Source: Longimicrobiales bacterium | GTDB lineage: Bacteria > Gemmatimonadota > Gemmatimonadetes > Longimicrobiales > RSA9 | DNA: 64,000 nucleotides | Direction: 5' to 3' | Assembly (NCBI GenBank): GCA_038257485.1 | Contig: JBBSJG010000001.1 | Span: 3,559-67,558, forward strand | Shown: piece by piece, positions 55,572 through 64,000 of the stretch | How positions within the stretch are numbered: position 1 is the first letter of the stretch | Layout: every line of letters begins with the position of its first letter | Notes under the pieces: model-generated | What the model was told of the DNA's origin: nothing | Databases searched by the model: none | Seen by the model: the letters and a program-made list of their open reading frames with translations, nothing else | Position numbers and translations under genes: made by a program

Positions 55572-57863
55572 ATGTTGACCAGTCAGCGTCGTCGTCAGCT
55601 CCTCGGCATTGCACTCCTCTCGCTGGGAGGCTTCCTCGCGCTCGCCCTGGTGCCGCTGCCGGCGGTGGGCCCACTCGCAAGGTGGTTTCCCATGGGCAAC
55701 GTCATGGGGTGGCTGGGCGCCGCGGTCACGCGGGGCGGGTTCGCACTGCTCGGCGCAGGCTACCTCCTGCTCCCGGCATTTTTCGTTGTCGGCGGCGCCG
55801 CATGCTTCGCGTGGCTGACGCGCAAGCGGTCGATCCGGCTGGCTGCGCTGTTCACCGGGCTCATCGTCCTCATCCCCGCGCTTGCTGCACTGTTCGCTGC
55901 GGATTCCGGCGCGGAGCTGACGGCGCTCCTGCCGCCCGATGCCGCGGGCATCCTGGGTCGCACAGTCGCTGTTCCACTCGCCGGCATCATCGGCAGTCCC
56001 GGTACACTGCTGCTTCTGCTGCTCCTCATCGTCGCACTCTTTGTCGGCACAATCGGATGGAATCCCGCGGGTGCCGCCGTTGCCGGCGGTGCGGGCGCAC
56101 TCCAGGCCGCGCGCACGGCGTTCGGTCGTGACAGTGACACGACCGCAGATGCCGATGAAGCCGCAGCCCGCGACGATGCCGATGAACGCGATGCGGACGA
56201 TGGGCTGCCGCCGCCGATGCCGTCTCTGCCCGTTCCGCCGAATGTCGCAGCGACGGTTCCGGAAGAGGCGGTACGCGGCCCTCTGCTGCGGAAGAAGGAG
56301 CCAAAGGCGGCGCCCGCGCCGCCGGTGCTCGAGGACACCGGGAATCCGGAGTCGGGTGACCTGCCGCCACTGTCGCTGCTGCAGGTGCCGCCGCAGGGGA
56401 CCTCGAGTCTGACCGAAACGGAGCTCGACCGCCTTGCTGCACTGCTGATTTCGACACTGAAGACGTTCAAGGTCGATGGCGAGATTGCGGGTCGGACAAC
56501 CGGACCTGTCGTCACGCAGTTCGAGGTCGTTCCTGCACCGGGTGTGAAAGTCAACCGGATCTCCGCGCTCGACGCCGACCTGGCCCTTGCGATGCGCGCG
56601 GCAAGCATCCGAATCGTGGCGCCGATTCCAGGGAAGGGCGCCGTGGGCATCGAGGTTCCGAATCCGGAGCCGGAAGTGGTCTACCTGCGCCGCATCCTCG
56701 AGACTGCGTCGTTCCAGCGCGCACGCGGTTCATTGCCGCTCGCACTGGGCAAGGACTTGACGGGCAAGCCGTATGTCGCGGACCTCGCACGCATGCCGCA
56801 CCTGCTGATTGCGGGCGCGACAGGTTCAGGCAAGTCGATCTGCATCAATACGCTCATCACGAGCCTCATCTACAAGCATTCGCCGCAGACACTGCGACTG
56901 CTGATGGTCGACCCGAAGATGGTCGAGCTGAGCATCTACGCGGATCTGCCGCACCTGCGACATCCAGTCGTCACGGACCCGCAGGACGCGGCGACCGTGT
57001 TGAAGTGGGCCGTGCTCGAAATGGAGCGACGGTATGAGTTGCTTTCCGTGAATGGTGCGCGCGCGCTGTCGGAGTTCAATACGCGCGCTGCCGAAGGCGC
57101 ACCGCTCAAGCGTGCGCAGCCGGCGGGTACCGAGTACGACCCCGAACGCTGGCGCTACACGGACGGACCGCTCCCGTACATCGTCGTCGTGGTTGACGAG
57201 CTCGCGGACCTGATGCTCTCGGTGCAGGCTGAGATCGAGAAGCCGCTCGCGCAACTTGCACAGAAAGCGCGCGCCATCGGCATTCACCTCATCGTCGCGA
57301 CACAGCGTCCGAGCGTGAACGTCATCACTGGCCTTATCAAGGCCAACTTTCCCTGCCGTATCGGATTCCGTGTCGCATCGAAAGTGGATTCGCGCACGAT
57401 CCTCGACCAGAACGGCGCGGATGCACTCCTCGGGAATGGGGACATGCTGTTCCTGCCGCCCGGCACATCGGACCCGGTCCGCATCCAGGGCGCATACCTG
57501 TCGACGGAAGACACCGAACAGGTGATGGACTGGTATCGGGCGCTGCAGGCGTCGCGACCGCTCGAGGACGACATCCTGCAGGAGGTGCGTTCTCGCGAGG
57601 CGGCGAGTGCGGAAGACGACGGCGGCTTCGGCACATTCGAAGAGCGCGATCCGCTCTTCGTCTCGGCCGCGGAACTCTGTATCCAGCACAAACAGGGATC
57701 GACATCGCTCCTGCAGCGCCGCCTTCGCGTCGGCTACGGCCGCGCTGCCCGCATCATCGACCAATTGCACACAGCCGGTATCCTCGGACCTGCGGACGGA
57801 TCTCGCCCGCGCGAAGTGCTGGTCGGAATGGAGTCCCTTGAAAACATTGTCGGCGATGGCTGA
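55572..57863 (+). CDS. ftsK: DNA translocase FtsK/SpoIIIE
   Basis: It has N-terminal TM segments and a Pro/Asp-rich linker. The motor carries HLLIAGATGSGKS (Walker A) and VVVDELADLM (Walker B). A C-terminal gamma winged helix is present (TSLLQRRLRVGYGRAARIIDQL). The start is ATG 55572, inside ORF 55269. Confidence 0.93.
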   Translation: MLTSQRRRQLLGIALLSLGGFLALALVPLPAVGPLARWFPMGNVMGWLGAAVTRGGFALLGAGYLLLPAFFVVGGAACFAWLTRKRSIRLAALFTGLIVLIPALAALFAADSGAELTALLPPDAAGILGRTVAVPLAGIIGSPGTLLLLLLLIVALFVGTIGWNPAGAAVAGGAGALQAARTAFGRDSDTTADADEAAARDDADERDADDGLPPPMPSLPVPPNVAATVPEEAVRGPLLRKKEPKAAPAPPVLEDTGNPESGDLPPLSLLQVPPQGTSSLTETELDRLAALLISTLKTFKVDGEIAGRTTGPVVTQFEVVPAPGVKVNRISALDADLALAMRAASIRIVAPIPGKGAVGIEVPNPEPEVVYLRRILETASFQRARGSLPLALGKDLTGKPYVADLARMPHLLIAGATGSGKSICINTLITSLIYKHSPQTLRLLMVDPKMVELSIYADLPHLRHPVVTDPQDAATVLKWAVLEMERRYELLSVNGARALSEFNTRAAEGAPLKRAQPAGTEYDPERWRYTDGPLPYIVVVVDELADLMLSVQAEIEKPLAQLAQKARAIGIHLIVATQRPSVNVITGLIKANFPCRIGFRVASKVDSRTILDQNGADALLGNGDMLFLPPGTSDPVRIQGAYLSTEDTEQVMDWYRALQASRPLEDDILQEVRSREAASAEDDGGFGTFEERDPLFVSAAELCIQHKQGSTSLLQRRLRVGYGRAARIIDQLHTAGILGPADGSRPREVLVGMESLENIVGDG

Positions 57864-58776
57864 TCCAATCAGAAACAGCGTGCTGCTGGTCTGCGCTTCG
57901 CTGCTCGTGAGCATGAGTGCGTGCAGCGGCGACTCGCCGGAACCGGACGCACCCGCGCCGACCGATGCTGTCATCCAGGCGCCCCCGCCGGCCGTGACCC
58001 CGAGCGCTGCAGGAGATACCGCGCTCATCAGTGACACGGCGGCGCAACCGTCTGAACCGGTACGCCAACCGTCGCAGGCAACAGTCGAAAGCGACGTGCC
58101 TTCTGCACCCAGGCCGGCGCAGGGTTCGTCGCCGGGTGCGTCACCGGGTGCGTTACCGGGTGCGTTACCGGGTTCGGCACAGGGCAGTGATGAGGGCGCG
58201 CGGATTCTGACGCGGATGGCTTCGAAGTACGAGACGGTGCGGTCGTTGACGGCGGACTTTGTCATGCGCGTGGAGAATCCGTTGCTGCGCACGAAGACGG
58301 AAGGCCGGGGCAAGTTGTACCAGCAGCGGCCTGATCGCATTGCGCTCCGGTTCACACGGCCGGCGGGTGAGGTGATCCTGAGTGATGGCCAGTATTTCTG
58401 GATGTACCTGCCGAGTACCTACGAGGACCAGGTGTTCAGATCACCCGCGGCGGCCGCGGGCTCGAGAGTTGTCGATCTCCAGGCGCAGTTCGTGGGCGAT
58501 CCGGTCAAACGGTTCAGCTATACGCAGCAGGGCACGGAAACGGTGGGCGGCCGCGCGACGGATGTGTTGATGCTGATCCCGCGTGGCCAGGCGCAGTATC
58601 GCTCGCTGAAGGTGTGGGTCGACCGCGAAGACGCGCTGGTTCGTCGCTTCGAGTTTGTGGAGTCGAGTGGTGTGATACGACACGTCGATCTGACGGGTGT
58701 CCGCATCAACCCGGTGGTACCTGCAGACATGTTCAAGTTCACGGTCCCGGCGGGCGTGCGCGTGGTGGCGCAGTAG
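57856..58776 (+). CDS. LolA-like outer-membrane lipoprotein carrier family protein with a lipobox
   Basis: A LolA-type fold region is present (LTADFVMRV...GKLYQQRPDRIALRF...DGQYFWMYLP...MFKFTVPAGVRVV). The conserved ftsK-lolA synteny supports the call. The N-terminal signal ends in SMSAC, followed by a Pro/Ala/Ser/Gly linker. Confidence 0.7.
   Translation: MADPIRNSVLLVCASLLVSMSACSGDSPEPDAPAPTDAVIQAPPPAVTPSAAGDTALISDTAAQPSEPVRQPSQATVESDVPSAPRPAQGSSPGASPGALPGALPGSAQGSDEGARILTRMASKYETVRSLTADFVMRVENPLLRTKTEGRGKLYQQRPDRIALRFTRPAGEVILSDGQYFWMYLPSTYEDQVFRSPAAAAGSRVVDLQAQFVGDPVKRFSYTQQGTETVGGRATDVLMLIPRGQAQYRSLKVWVDREDALVRRFEFVESSGVIRHVDLTGVRINPVVPADMFKFTVPAGVRVVAQ
58129..58176 (+). repeat. 12-bp x4 in-frame tandem repeat (SPGA SPGA LPGA LPGS)
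   Basis: TCGCCGGGTGCG TCACCGGGTGCG TTACCGGGTGCG TTACCGGGTTCG read directly at 58129-58176. Confidence 0.9.
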
Positions 58777-58777
58777 C

Positions 58778-60097
58778 ATGAGCGATCGCCGGCGTCTCCA
58801 GGCGGATCCGGACGGGATCGAAAGCGCTCGCCTGTTCGCTGCGGCGAAGCTGGTGACGCCCGGTGGGGTCAACTCGCCGGTGCGGGCGTTCAAGCGTGTT
58901 GGCGGATCACCGTTCTTCGTCGACCGAGGCAATGGCGCCACCCTCTGCGACGTAGACGGCCGCGAGTATATCGATCTCGTCATGAGCTGGGGTGCACTGA
59001 TGCTCGGCCATGCCCACCCTGCGGTCGCGCAGGCACTCGGGGAAGCGGCCGCGCGAGGCACGAGCTATGGAGCACCCGCGGGCGGCGAAGTGGAGCTAGC
59101 GCAGATGGTCGTACACGCTGTGCCGTCCATCGAGATGGTCCGCTTCGTCAACAGTGGTACGGAAGCGACGATGTCGGCCGTGCGCCTCGCGAGGGCCGCG
59201 ACCGCGCGTGACATCATCATCAAGTTTGCCGGATGCTACCACGGCCATGCGGACGGTTTCCTGGTGCAGGCGGGCAGCGGCGTGGCAACACTGGGCCTGC
59301 CGGACTCGCCGGGCGTACCGGCGGCCGTTGCAGAGCTCACGCTGGCACTGCCGTTCAATGACACGGCCGCGGTGGAAGACGCATTCGCCCGCATGGGCGA
59401 ACGCATCGCGTGCGTCATCGTCGAGCCCGTCATCGGCAACTCCGGATTCATCCCACCGCGCGACGGATTCCTCGACGCGCTTCGTCGAATCACCACAGCG
59501 CATGGCGCGCTGTTGATCTTTGACGAAGTCATGACCGGCTTCCGTGTGGCATTCGGCGGCGCACAGGAGCGCTTCGGGATCACGCCAGACCTCACGACGC
59601 TCGGCAAGGTGATCGGTGGCGGCCTGCCGGTTGGTGCATACGGCGGCCGTCGCGACCTCATGTCCATGATCGCGCCGGAAGGCGAGGTGTACCAGGCTGG
59701 CACACTGTCCGGTAATCCACTCGCCATGGCGGCCGGCATCGCGCAGCTGCTGCTGATCCGCGAACACAATCCGTATGACGCACTCGAGCGGCAGGCGGGT
59801 CGTATCCTCGATGGCCTCGGTAACGCCGCGCGCGATTGCGGCATCCCGTTCTGGGGTGACGCGGCTGGGGCGATGTTCGGTTGGCATTTCACGGATGGCC
59901 CCGTCTACGACTTCGATCAGGCGGCCGCAACCGACACGGCATTCTTTTCGCGCTTCCACCAGGCGGCATTGCGGAACGGGGTGTTCCTGCCGGCATCACC
60001 ATTCGAAGCTTGTTTCCTGTCGATCGCGCACACAGACACAATTGTCGATCGTGCGATCGAAGGCCTGCAGGCCGCAGTCAAGGAGGCCGCATCATGA
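58778..60097 (+). CDS. hemL: Glutamate-1-semialdehyde 2,1-aminomutase
   Basis: PGGVNSPVRAF, FVNSGTEATMSA, DEVMTGFR, and the PLP-lysine context TLGKVIGGG. The start is ATG 58778. Confidence 0.95.
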   Translation: MSDRRRLQADPDGIESARLFAAAKLVTPGGVNSPVRAFKRVGGSPFFVDRGNGATLCDVDGREYIDLVMSWGALMLGHAHPAVAQALGEAAARGTSYGAPAGGEVELAQMVVHAVPSIEMVRFVNSGTEATMSAVRLARAATARDIIIKFAGCYHGHADGFLVQAGSGVATLGLPDSPGVPAAVAELTLALPFNDTAAVEDAFARMGERIACVIVEPVIGNSGFIPPRDGFLDALRRITTAHGALLIFDEVMTGFRVAFGGAQERFGITPDLTTLGKVIGGGLPVGAYGGRRDLMSMIAPEGEVYQAGTLSGNPLAMAAGIAQLLLIREHNPYDALERQAGRILDGLGNAARDCGIPFWGDAAGAMFGWHFTDGPVYDFDQAAATDTAFFSRFHQAALRNGVFLPASPFEACFLSIAHTDTIVDRAIEGLQAAVKEAAS

Positions 60098-61425
60098 GGC
60101 GCATCACGATTTGTTCGCTCGTTCTTTCCGCATTCGCCGCCGGCTGTACACCCGGCGAACGGCTCGACGCACCCACGCCGACGCGCGCCCCGGGCGCACC
60201 GGCCGGCGTTCCGATGCCCACCGCTCCTGGCGCGCCTGCCGGCGCCCCGGCCCTGCCGCGCATCGAGCCGGATGTGCGGGTCGGCATCACCATCGATTCC
60301 GCCCGCACCACGATCGGTGCGCCCGTCGAGTTCGACGTGCAGTCGGTGGACGGCCGGGTGCTCGCGAGCGCAGCCGCGGGACAGACGTGGCAGTTCCAGA
60401 TGACGGGGGGACGCATCACGGCGAAGGCGGGCGAACGGAACGTGCTCGATGCGCCGGCGCCCGTGCGCATTGTTCCGCGTGACATCCCGTTTGTTACGAT
60501 CGATGGCCGCACATACCGCGGTGAAGTCCTCCTGATCACGACGCGCACGGGCCGGCTCACCGCCATCAATGTCGTGGACATGGAGGCGTATCTGCTGGGT
60601 GTTGTACCGCGCGAGATGGGGAAGCGACCCGCCACTGAGATCGAGGCGTTGAAAGCGCAGGCTGTTGCTGCGAGAACGTACGCCATCGGCAACATGGGCG
60701 GTCGCAATGACATCGGCTTCGATTTCTATGCAACAGTGCAGGACCAGGTCTACGGTGGCACAGCCGACGAGGACTCGATCGTGAGTCGCGCAGTGCGCGA
60801 GACGCGCGGGCAGATCATCAGCCACAAGGGTCGTCCGATCTTCGCGTATTATGCGTCGACATGCGGCGGTACCACCGCCGCCATCGAGGAGTCGTGGCCC
60901 GCACGTGCGCCCCTCGCATACCTGCGCTCGCGATCCGATCGCGTGCCTGGTACCGAAGACGATTATTATTGTCGCACGTCGAACCGGTTCAACTGGAAGA
61001 CGGAATGGACACGGCAACAACTGCTTGATGTTCTCGCGACGACCTTGCGCGCGCACACGAAGGGGAATGTCACCAGCGTGCGCGCGGTGAATGACGTACG
61101 GCTGACATCGCGCGGACCGTCCGGTCGCGCGACACTCGACCTGGTCGCGGACGGCAGGACATATACACTGCGTGCGGACTCACTGCGGTGGGTGCTGCGG
61201 CCGACGCCGACGGGCGGAATCCTGAACAGTTCGAAACTCAACAACATCATTGCATCGAATGCGGCCGATGGTAGCATCGATCATCTCACGATCGAAGGCG
61301 GCGGGTGGGGCCACGCCATCGGCATGTGCCAGGTCGGGGCCATGGCGCGTGCCCGCGCGGGCCAGTCATCGACGGAGATCCTCAAGGCCTACTACACGGA
61401 CGTGACCATTGATCGACTGTACTGA
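60094..61425 (+). CDS. SpoIID/LytB domain protein (peptidoglycan lytic enzyme/amidase enhancer family)
   Basis: Lipobox AFAAGC, with SpoIID motifs MEAYLLGVVPREM, LKAQAVAARTYA, YYASTCGGTTAA and GHAIGMCQVGA. It overlaps the hemL stop (ATGA). Confidence 0.8.
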   Translation: MRRITICSLVLSAFAAGCTPGERLDAPTPTRAPGAPAGVPMPTAPGAPAGAPALPRIEPDVRVGITIDSARTTIGAPVEFDVQSVDGRVLASAAAGQTWQFQMTGGRITAKAGERNVLDAPAPVRIVPRDIPFVTIDGRTYRGEVLLITTRTGRLTAINVVDMEAYLLGVVPREMGKRPATEIEALKAQAVAARTYAIGNMGGRNDIGFDFYATVQDQVYGGTADEDSIVSRAVRETRGQIISHKGRPIFAYYASTCGGTTAAIEESWPARAPLAYLRSRSDRVPGTEDDYYCRTSNRFNWKTEWTRQQLLDVLATTLRAHTKGNVTSVRAVNDVRLTSRGPSGRATLDLVADGRTYTLRADSLRWVLRPTPTGGILNSSKLNNIIASNAADGSIDHLTIEGGGWGHAIGMCQVGAMARARAGQSSTEILKAYYTDVTIDRLY

Positions 61426-62122
61426 CCGCCACCTCCGCGTTGCGCTGCTGACATGTGTCGCGGTCGTCGCCGCAGCCGCTGCACTGGCGGTGCAGGCGGG
61501 GAACGTGAACGCGCAGGCGCCAGCCGCTGAATATTCCTACGGAAATCTATCGTTTCGTGGCATCGGCGTCGCCTACGGCCGTATCTGGCCGAGCAAGGTG
61601 GAGCCATCCGCATCGTACACGTTGCGTGCGGATCTCGGGTATTTCGGGCCGGCAATCCGGATGATGCCGTATGCGTCCTATTGGAGCTCGGATTTCAGGC
61701 GCAGCGAGCTCGAGCAGCTTGCCGAGAAACTCGAACGGCTCCCGCCCCTGCAAAGCGGGGGCGTGCAGTTGACCGCCGACGACCTCGGACCCATCCGGTG
61801 GAGTGATCTCGCGGTCGGCATTGATGCCCATATCGTATGGACGGCGCCGCTCCGCACACTCACATACGTCGGCGGGGGTGTCGCTGTGCACGCGCTCAAT
61901 GGCCGCGGGGACGTCGTCGCCAATACCTTCATCGAAGATCTGCTCGACAGCACGACGCCCGGCTTCGCATTGCTAGCGGGCCTCGAACATCAGCCACACG
62001 CGCGACTGCGCGTCTTCGGCGAAGCGCGCTACACAATGCTGAGCGACGTGCGGTATCCTGAACTCAAGATCGGCGGGGCACTCATGTTCCCCGCGAACGC
62101 TGTGACACAGGGGGGACAATGA
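61409..62122 (+). CDS. Putative outer-membrane beta-barrel protein
   Basis: 237 aa with a signal-like VAVVAAAAALAVQA and alternating hydrophobic beta-strand patterns (VGGGVAVHAL, FALLAGLEH, RVFGEARYTML, KIGGALMF). The only upstream in-frame start is TTG 61409, which overlaps the previous gene by 17 nt. Confidence 0.45.
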   Translation: MIDCTDRHLRVALLTCVAVVAAAAALAVQAGNVNAQAPAAEYSYGNLSFRGIGVAYGRIWPSKVEPSASYTLRADLGYFGPAIRMMPYASYWSSDFRRSELEQLAEKLERLPPLQSGGVQLTADDLGPIRWSDLAVGIDAHIVWTAPLRTLTYVGGGVAVHALNGRGDVVANTFIEDLLDSTTPGFALLAGLEHQPHARLRVFGEARYTMLSDVRYPELKIGGALMFPANAVTQGGQ

Positions 62123-63129
62123 CGGACGGAAAGTTACGCGTCGGAGTGCTCGGACTCGGTGCAATCGCGCAGGTCGTACATCTGCCCGTGCTCTCGGAGA
62201 TCGCCGACATCGAACTCGTCGCGGTGTGCGATGCCGACAAGCCCAAGGCAAAGGCCATTGCGGCGAGGTTCGGGATTCCACACGTGTTCGAATCCGATGA
62301 CGAGGTCTACAAGTCCGACCTCATCGACGCGCTCGTGATCTGCACGCCAAGCCATCTGCACGAGCCGCAGTCCATTGCCGCGCTCGAAGCGGGTAAGCAT
62401 GTGCTCGTCGAGAAACCGCTCGCGCTGAGTTCGGAAGCGAGCGCACGGGTGGTCGCTGCAGCGGAACGTGCCGGTAAGGTTCTCATGGTTGCCATGAACA
62501 ACCGGTTCCGCCCCGACGCCCTCGCCCTCAAGCCCTTCGTCGACGGCGGCGAGCTCGGTGACGTTTACCTCGCTCGCGGCGCATGGCTCAACCGCAAGGT
62601 CCGCGTCGTGCGCCCCACCTGGCGGCACCGCAAAGCCACCGCGGGCGGCGGCGCCATGATGGACCTCGGCGTCCAGACCCTCGACCTCGCCATGTGGTTT
62701 CTGAGCTACCCCAAGGTCAAGAGCATCTGCACCCATTTCCACTACACCGATGCCATGGAGGTCGAGGACTCCGCCGCCATCATCGTCCGCCTCGCCAACC
62801 GCGGTGCCGTCACCCTCACCGTCAGCTGGAGCCTCATCGCCGACCGCGACCGTCACTACATGCGCCTGCTCGGATCCAGGGGCTCCGGCGCCATCTCGCC
62901 ACTCGGCGTGTTCAAGGACGTGGAGCATGGACTGCTGGATGTAACGCCATCGCTGCCGCCCGGCCGCGAAAACGTGTACACTGCGTCCTATCGGGCGGAA
63001 CTGGCCCATTTCGCGGCCGCCTGCCTGGGGCGGGTGGAGCAGGAGCTGCCGCGGGAGCAGATCGAACTGATGCGGATCGTATCGCTGGCATACCAGAGTG
63101 CTGCGGAGGGTCGGGAGATCGAAGCGTAG
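62119..63129 (+). CDS. Gfo/Idh/MocA family oxidoreductase
   Basis: LRVGVLGLGAIAQVVHLP Rossmann motif and the EKPLA motif (HVLVEKPLALS). Length is 336 aa. Confidence 0.85.
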   Translation: MTDGKLRVGVLGLGAIAQVVHLPVLSEIADIELVAVCDADKPKAKAIAARFGIPHVFESDDEVYKSDLIDALVICTPSHLHEPQSIAALEAGKHVLVEKPLALSSEASARVVAAAERAGKVLMVAMNNRFRPDALALKPFVDGGELGDVYLARGAWLNRKVRVVRPTWRHRKATAGGGAMMDLGVQTLDLAMWFLSYPKVKSICTHFHYTDAMEVEDSAAIIVRLANRGAVTLTVSWSLIADRDRHYMRLLGSRGSGAISPLGVFKDVEHGLLDVTPSLPPGRENVYTASYRAELAHFAAACLGRVEQELPREQIELMRIVSLAYQSAAEGREIEA

Positions 63130-63138
63130 GGGGCGGTG

Positions 63139-63167
63139 TTGATGGGGGTTGTGAGATCTGCTATATT
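63139..63167 (+). promoter_or_regulatory. Sigma-70-like promoter upstream of rpmE
   Basis: TTGATG (63139-63144), 17 nt, then TATATT (63162-63167). The architecture and -10 hexamer match the rpmJ promoter candidate at 3617-3645. Confidence 0.45.
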
Positions 63168-63207
63168 GGACGGTCTGTAGTCGGAATTCCGAAGCTGTGA
63201 GGGCGGT

Positions 63208-63435
63208 ATGAAAGAGGGCATTCATCCAGAGTATAACGTCGCCAAGGTGCACTGTGCGTGCGGCAACGAGTTTGTCACGCGCAACACGCAGGGCGACGTC
63301 CGCGTCGATATCTGCTCGGTCTGCCACCCGTACTACACGGGCAAGCAGAAGCTGATGGACACGGCTGGCCGCATTGAGCGATTCAAGCAGAAGTGGGGCA
63401 CGAAAGAGGCCCCGGCCGAGACGACTCAGGCGTAA
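63208..63435 (+). CDS. rpmE: 50S ribosomal protein L31
   Basis: MKEGIHPEY..., with the Zn-type CxC...[12 protein letters not shown] motif. Confidence 0.93.
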   Translation: MKEGIHPEYNVAKVHCACGNEFVTRNTQGDVRVDICSVCHPYYTGKQKLMDTAGRIERFKQKWGTKEAPAETTQA

Positions 63436-63437
63436 CG

Positions 63438-63465
63438 GAAAGAGCCGGCTTATGCCGGCTCTTTC
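63438..63465 (+). terminator. Hairpin terminator candidate after rpmE
   Basis: GAAAGAGCCGGC (63438-63449), loop TTAT, then GCCGGCTCTTTC (63454-63465). The U-tract is weak and lies only within the descending arm. Confidence 0.55.
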
Positions 63466-63486
63466 AGCATATACGAGGCACAATCG

Positions 63487-64000
63487 ATGGCGTTCGAGGA
63501 CCGGATCTCCGAGGTAAGGCGTCGCTTCCAGATGCTCAGCGAGCGTCTCACGGACCCGGCAGTGTACGGTGATCGCGAGGTGTATCGCAATGTCACGCGC
63601 GAGCACTCGGAGCTGACGCCGATGGTGGAGACCGCGGGGAAACTGGACCGCGCTCGCTCGCAGCTTGTGGAAGCGCGCGAGATCATCGAAGCGGGCGATG
63701 ACATTGAAATGGTAGAGATGGCGGAGCATGAGGCCGCAGAGCTGACGGACGAGGTCGAGCGTCTGGAGGCTGAACTGCGTCTTCATCTGCTGCCGAAGGA
63801 CCCGCTCGCGGATCGCGCTGCCGTCGTGGAAATCCGCGCCGGTACGGGCGGTGACGAGGCGGGTCTTTTTGCGGGGGACCTGTACCGCATGTACAGCCGT
63901 TTTGCGACCAACCAGAACTGGGGGATCGAGGTCCTCGATTTCTCGGAGGGTGAGCGAGGCGCGTACAAGGAAGTCGTCTTCATTGTGCGCGGTCACAATG
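63487..64000 (+). CDS. prfA: Peptide chain release factor 1 (N-terminal part, runs off the right edge)
   Basis: I translated it as MAFEDRISEVRRRFQMLSERLTDPAVY...LLPKDPLADRAAVVEIRAGTGGDEAGLFAGDLYRMYSRFA, which is RF1-type. The frame is open to the window end, so it is absent from the ORF track. Confidence 0.9.
   Translation, partial: MAFEDRISEVRRRFQMLSERLTDPAVYGDREVYRNVTREHSELTPMVETAGKLDRARSQLVEAREIIEAGDDIEMVEMAEHEAAELTDEVERLEAELRLHLLPKDPLADRAAVVEIRAGTGGDEAGLFAGDLYRMYSRFATNQNWGIEVLDFSEGERGAYKEVVFIVRGHN

Noticed and set aside
1-64000. Search for a defence, toxin-antitoxin, secretion or biosynthetic island that could represent a novel system.
   Set aside because: Every ORF of appreciable size on the coding strand is a housekeeping or envelope gene, a TPR or low-complexity protein, or a small membrane protein. 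I saw no compositional break, tRNA or integrase boundary, nuclease/ATPase/helicase pair or other hallmark of an accessory island. I therefore do not claim a new system.

Overview
This window is a GC-rich, very gene-dense chromosomal core region, and about 62 of its 64 protein genes lie on the + strand. The organism is a diderm bacterium, because Tol-Pal, BamD, LptD, a LolA-like protein and a PpiD-like protein are all present. The protein set is compatible with a Gemmatimonadota-like lineage, but I cannot verify that from sequence alone.

Content in order:
- The tail of the ribosomal spc/alpha operons: rpsE(end)-rpmD-rplO-secY-adk-map-rpmJ-rpsM-rpsK-rpsD-rpoA-rplQ-rpmB.
- hemD plus a small polysaccharide module: a sugar dehydrogenase, a NusG paralog, a PHP Tyr-phosphatase, convergent uxs and divergent ugd.
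- TPR proteins, bamD, nadD, secA and radC.
- rel-uvrB-tsaE-tsaB-rimI-hemB.
- A LysM protein, hemX-like-hemA and an epimerase.
- tolQ-tolR-tolA-like-tolB-pal-cpoB, nrdR, tatC and lptD.
- hutH-hutI-formiminotransferase.
- A large acidic TPR protein, a polyprenyl synthase, a small membrane protein, tatA and ppiD (- strand).
- A second acidic TPR protein, aroQ-accB-accC-comB, ftsK-lolA-like-hemL, a SpoIID-like protein, a putative OMP, a Gfo/Idh/MocA oxidoreductase, rpmE and the start of prfA.

I found no rRNA, tRNA, CRISPR array, transposase, integrase, phage gene or recognisable defence gene. I therefore cannot support the presence of a novel multi-gene system here.

The most unusual observations are:
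1. Two large TPR proteins with extremely acidic, repeat-bearing disordered cores that bracket the tatA/ppiD segment.
2. A Lys/Ala-rich N-terminal extension on AccB.
3. A C-free G-tract and tandem repeat in the rpsD leader.
4. tsaE lacks a canonical start codon for its conserved N-terminus.
5. An orphan, translationally coupled dehydrogenase / NusG-paralog / Tyr-phosphatase trio.
6. Very long gene strings without terminators, joined by 1-4 nt stop/start overlaps.

All functional calls come from reading the translated ORFs for family motifs and from synteny. No database search was run.
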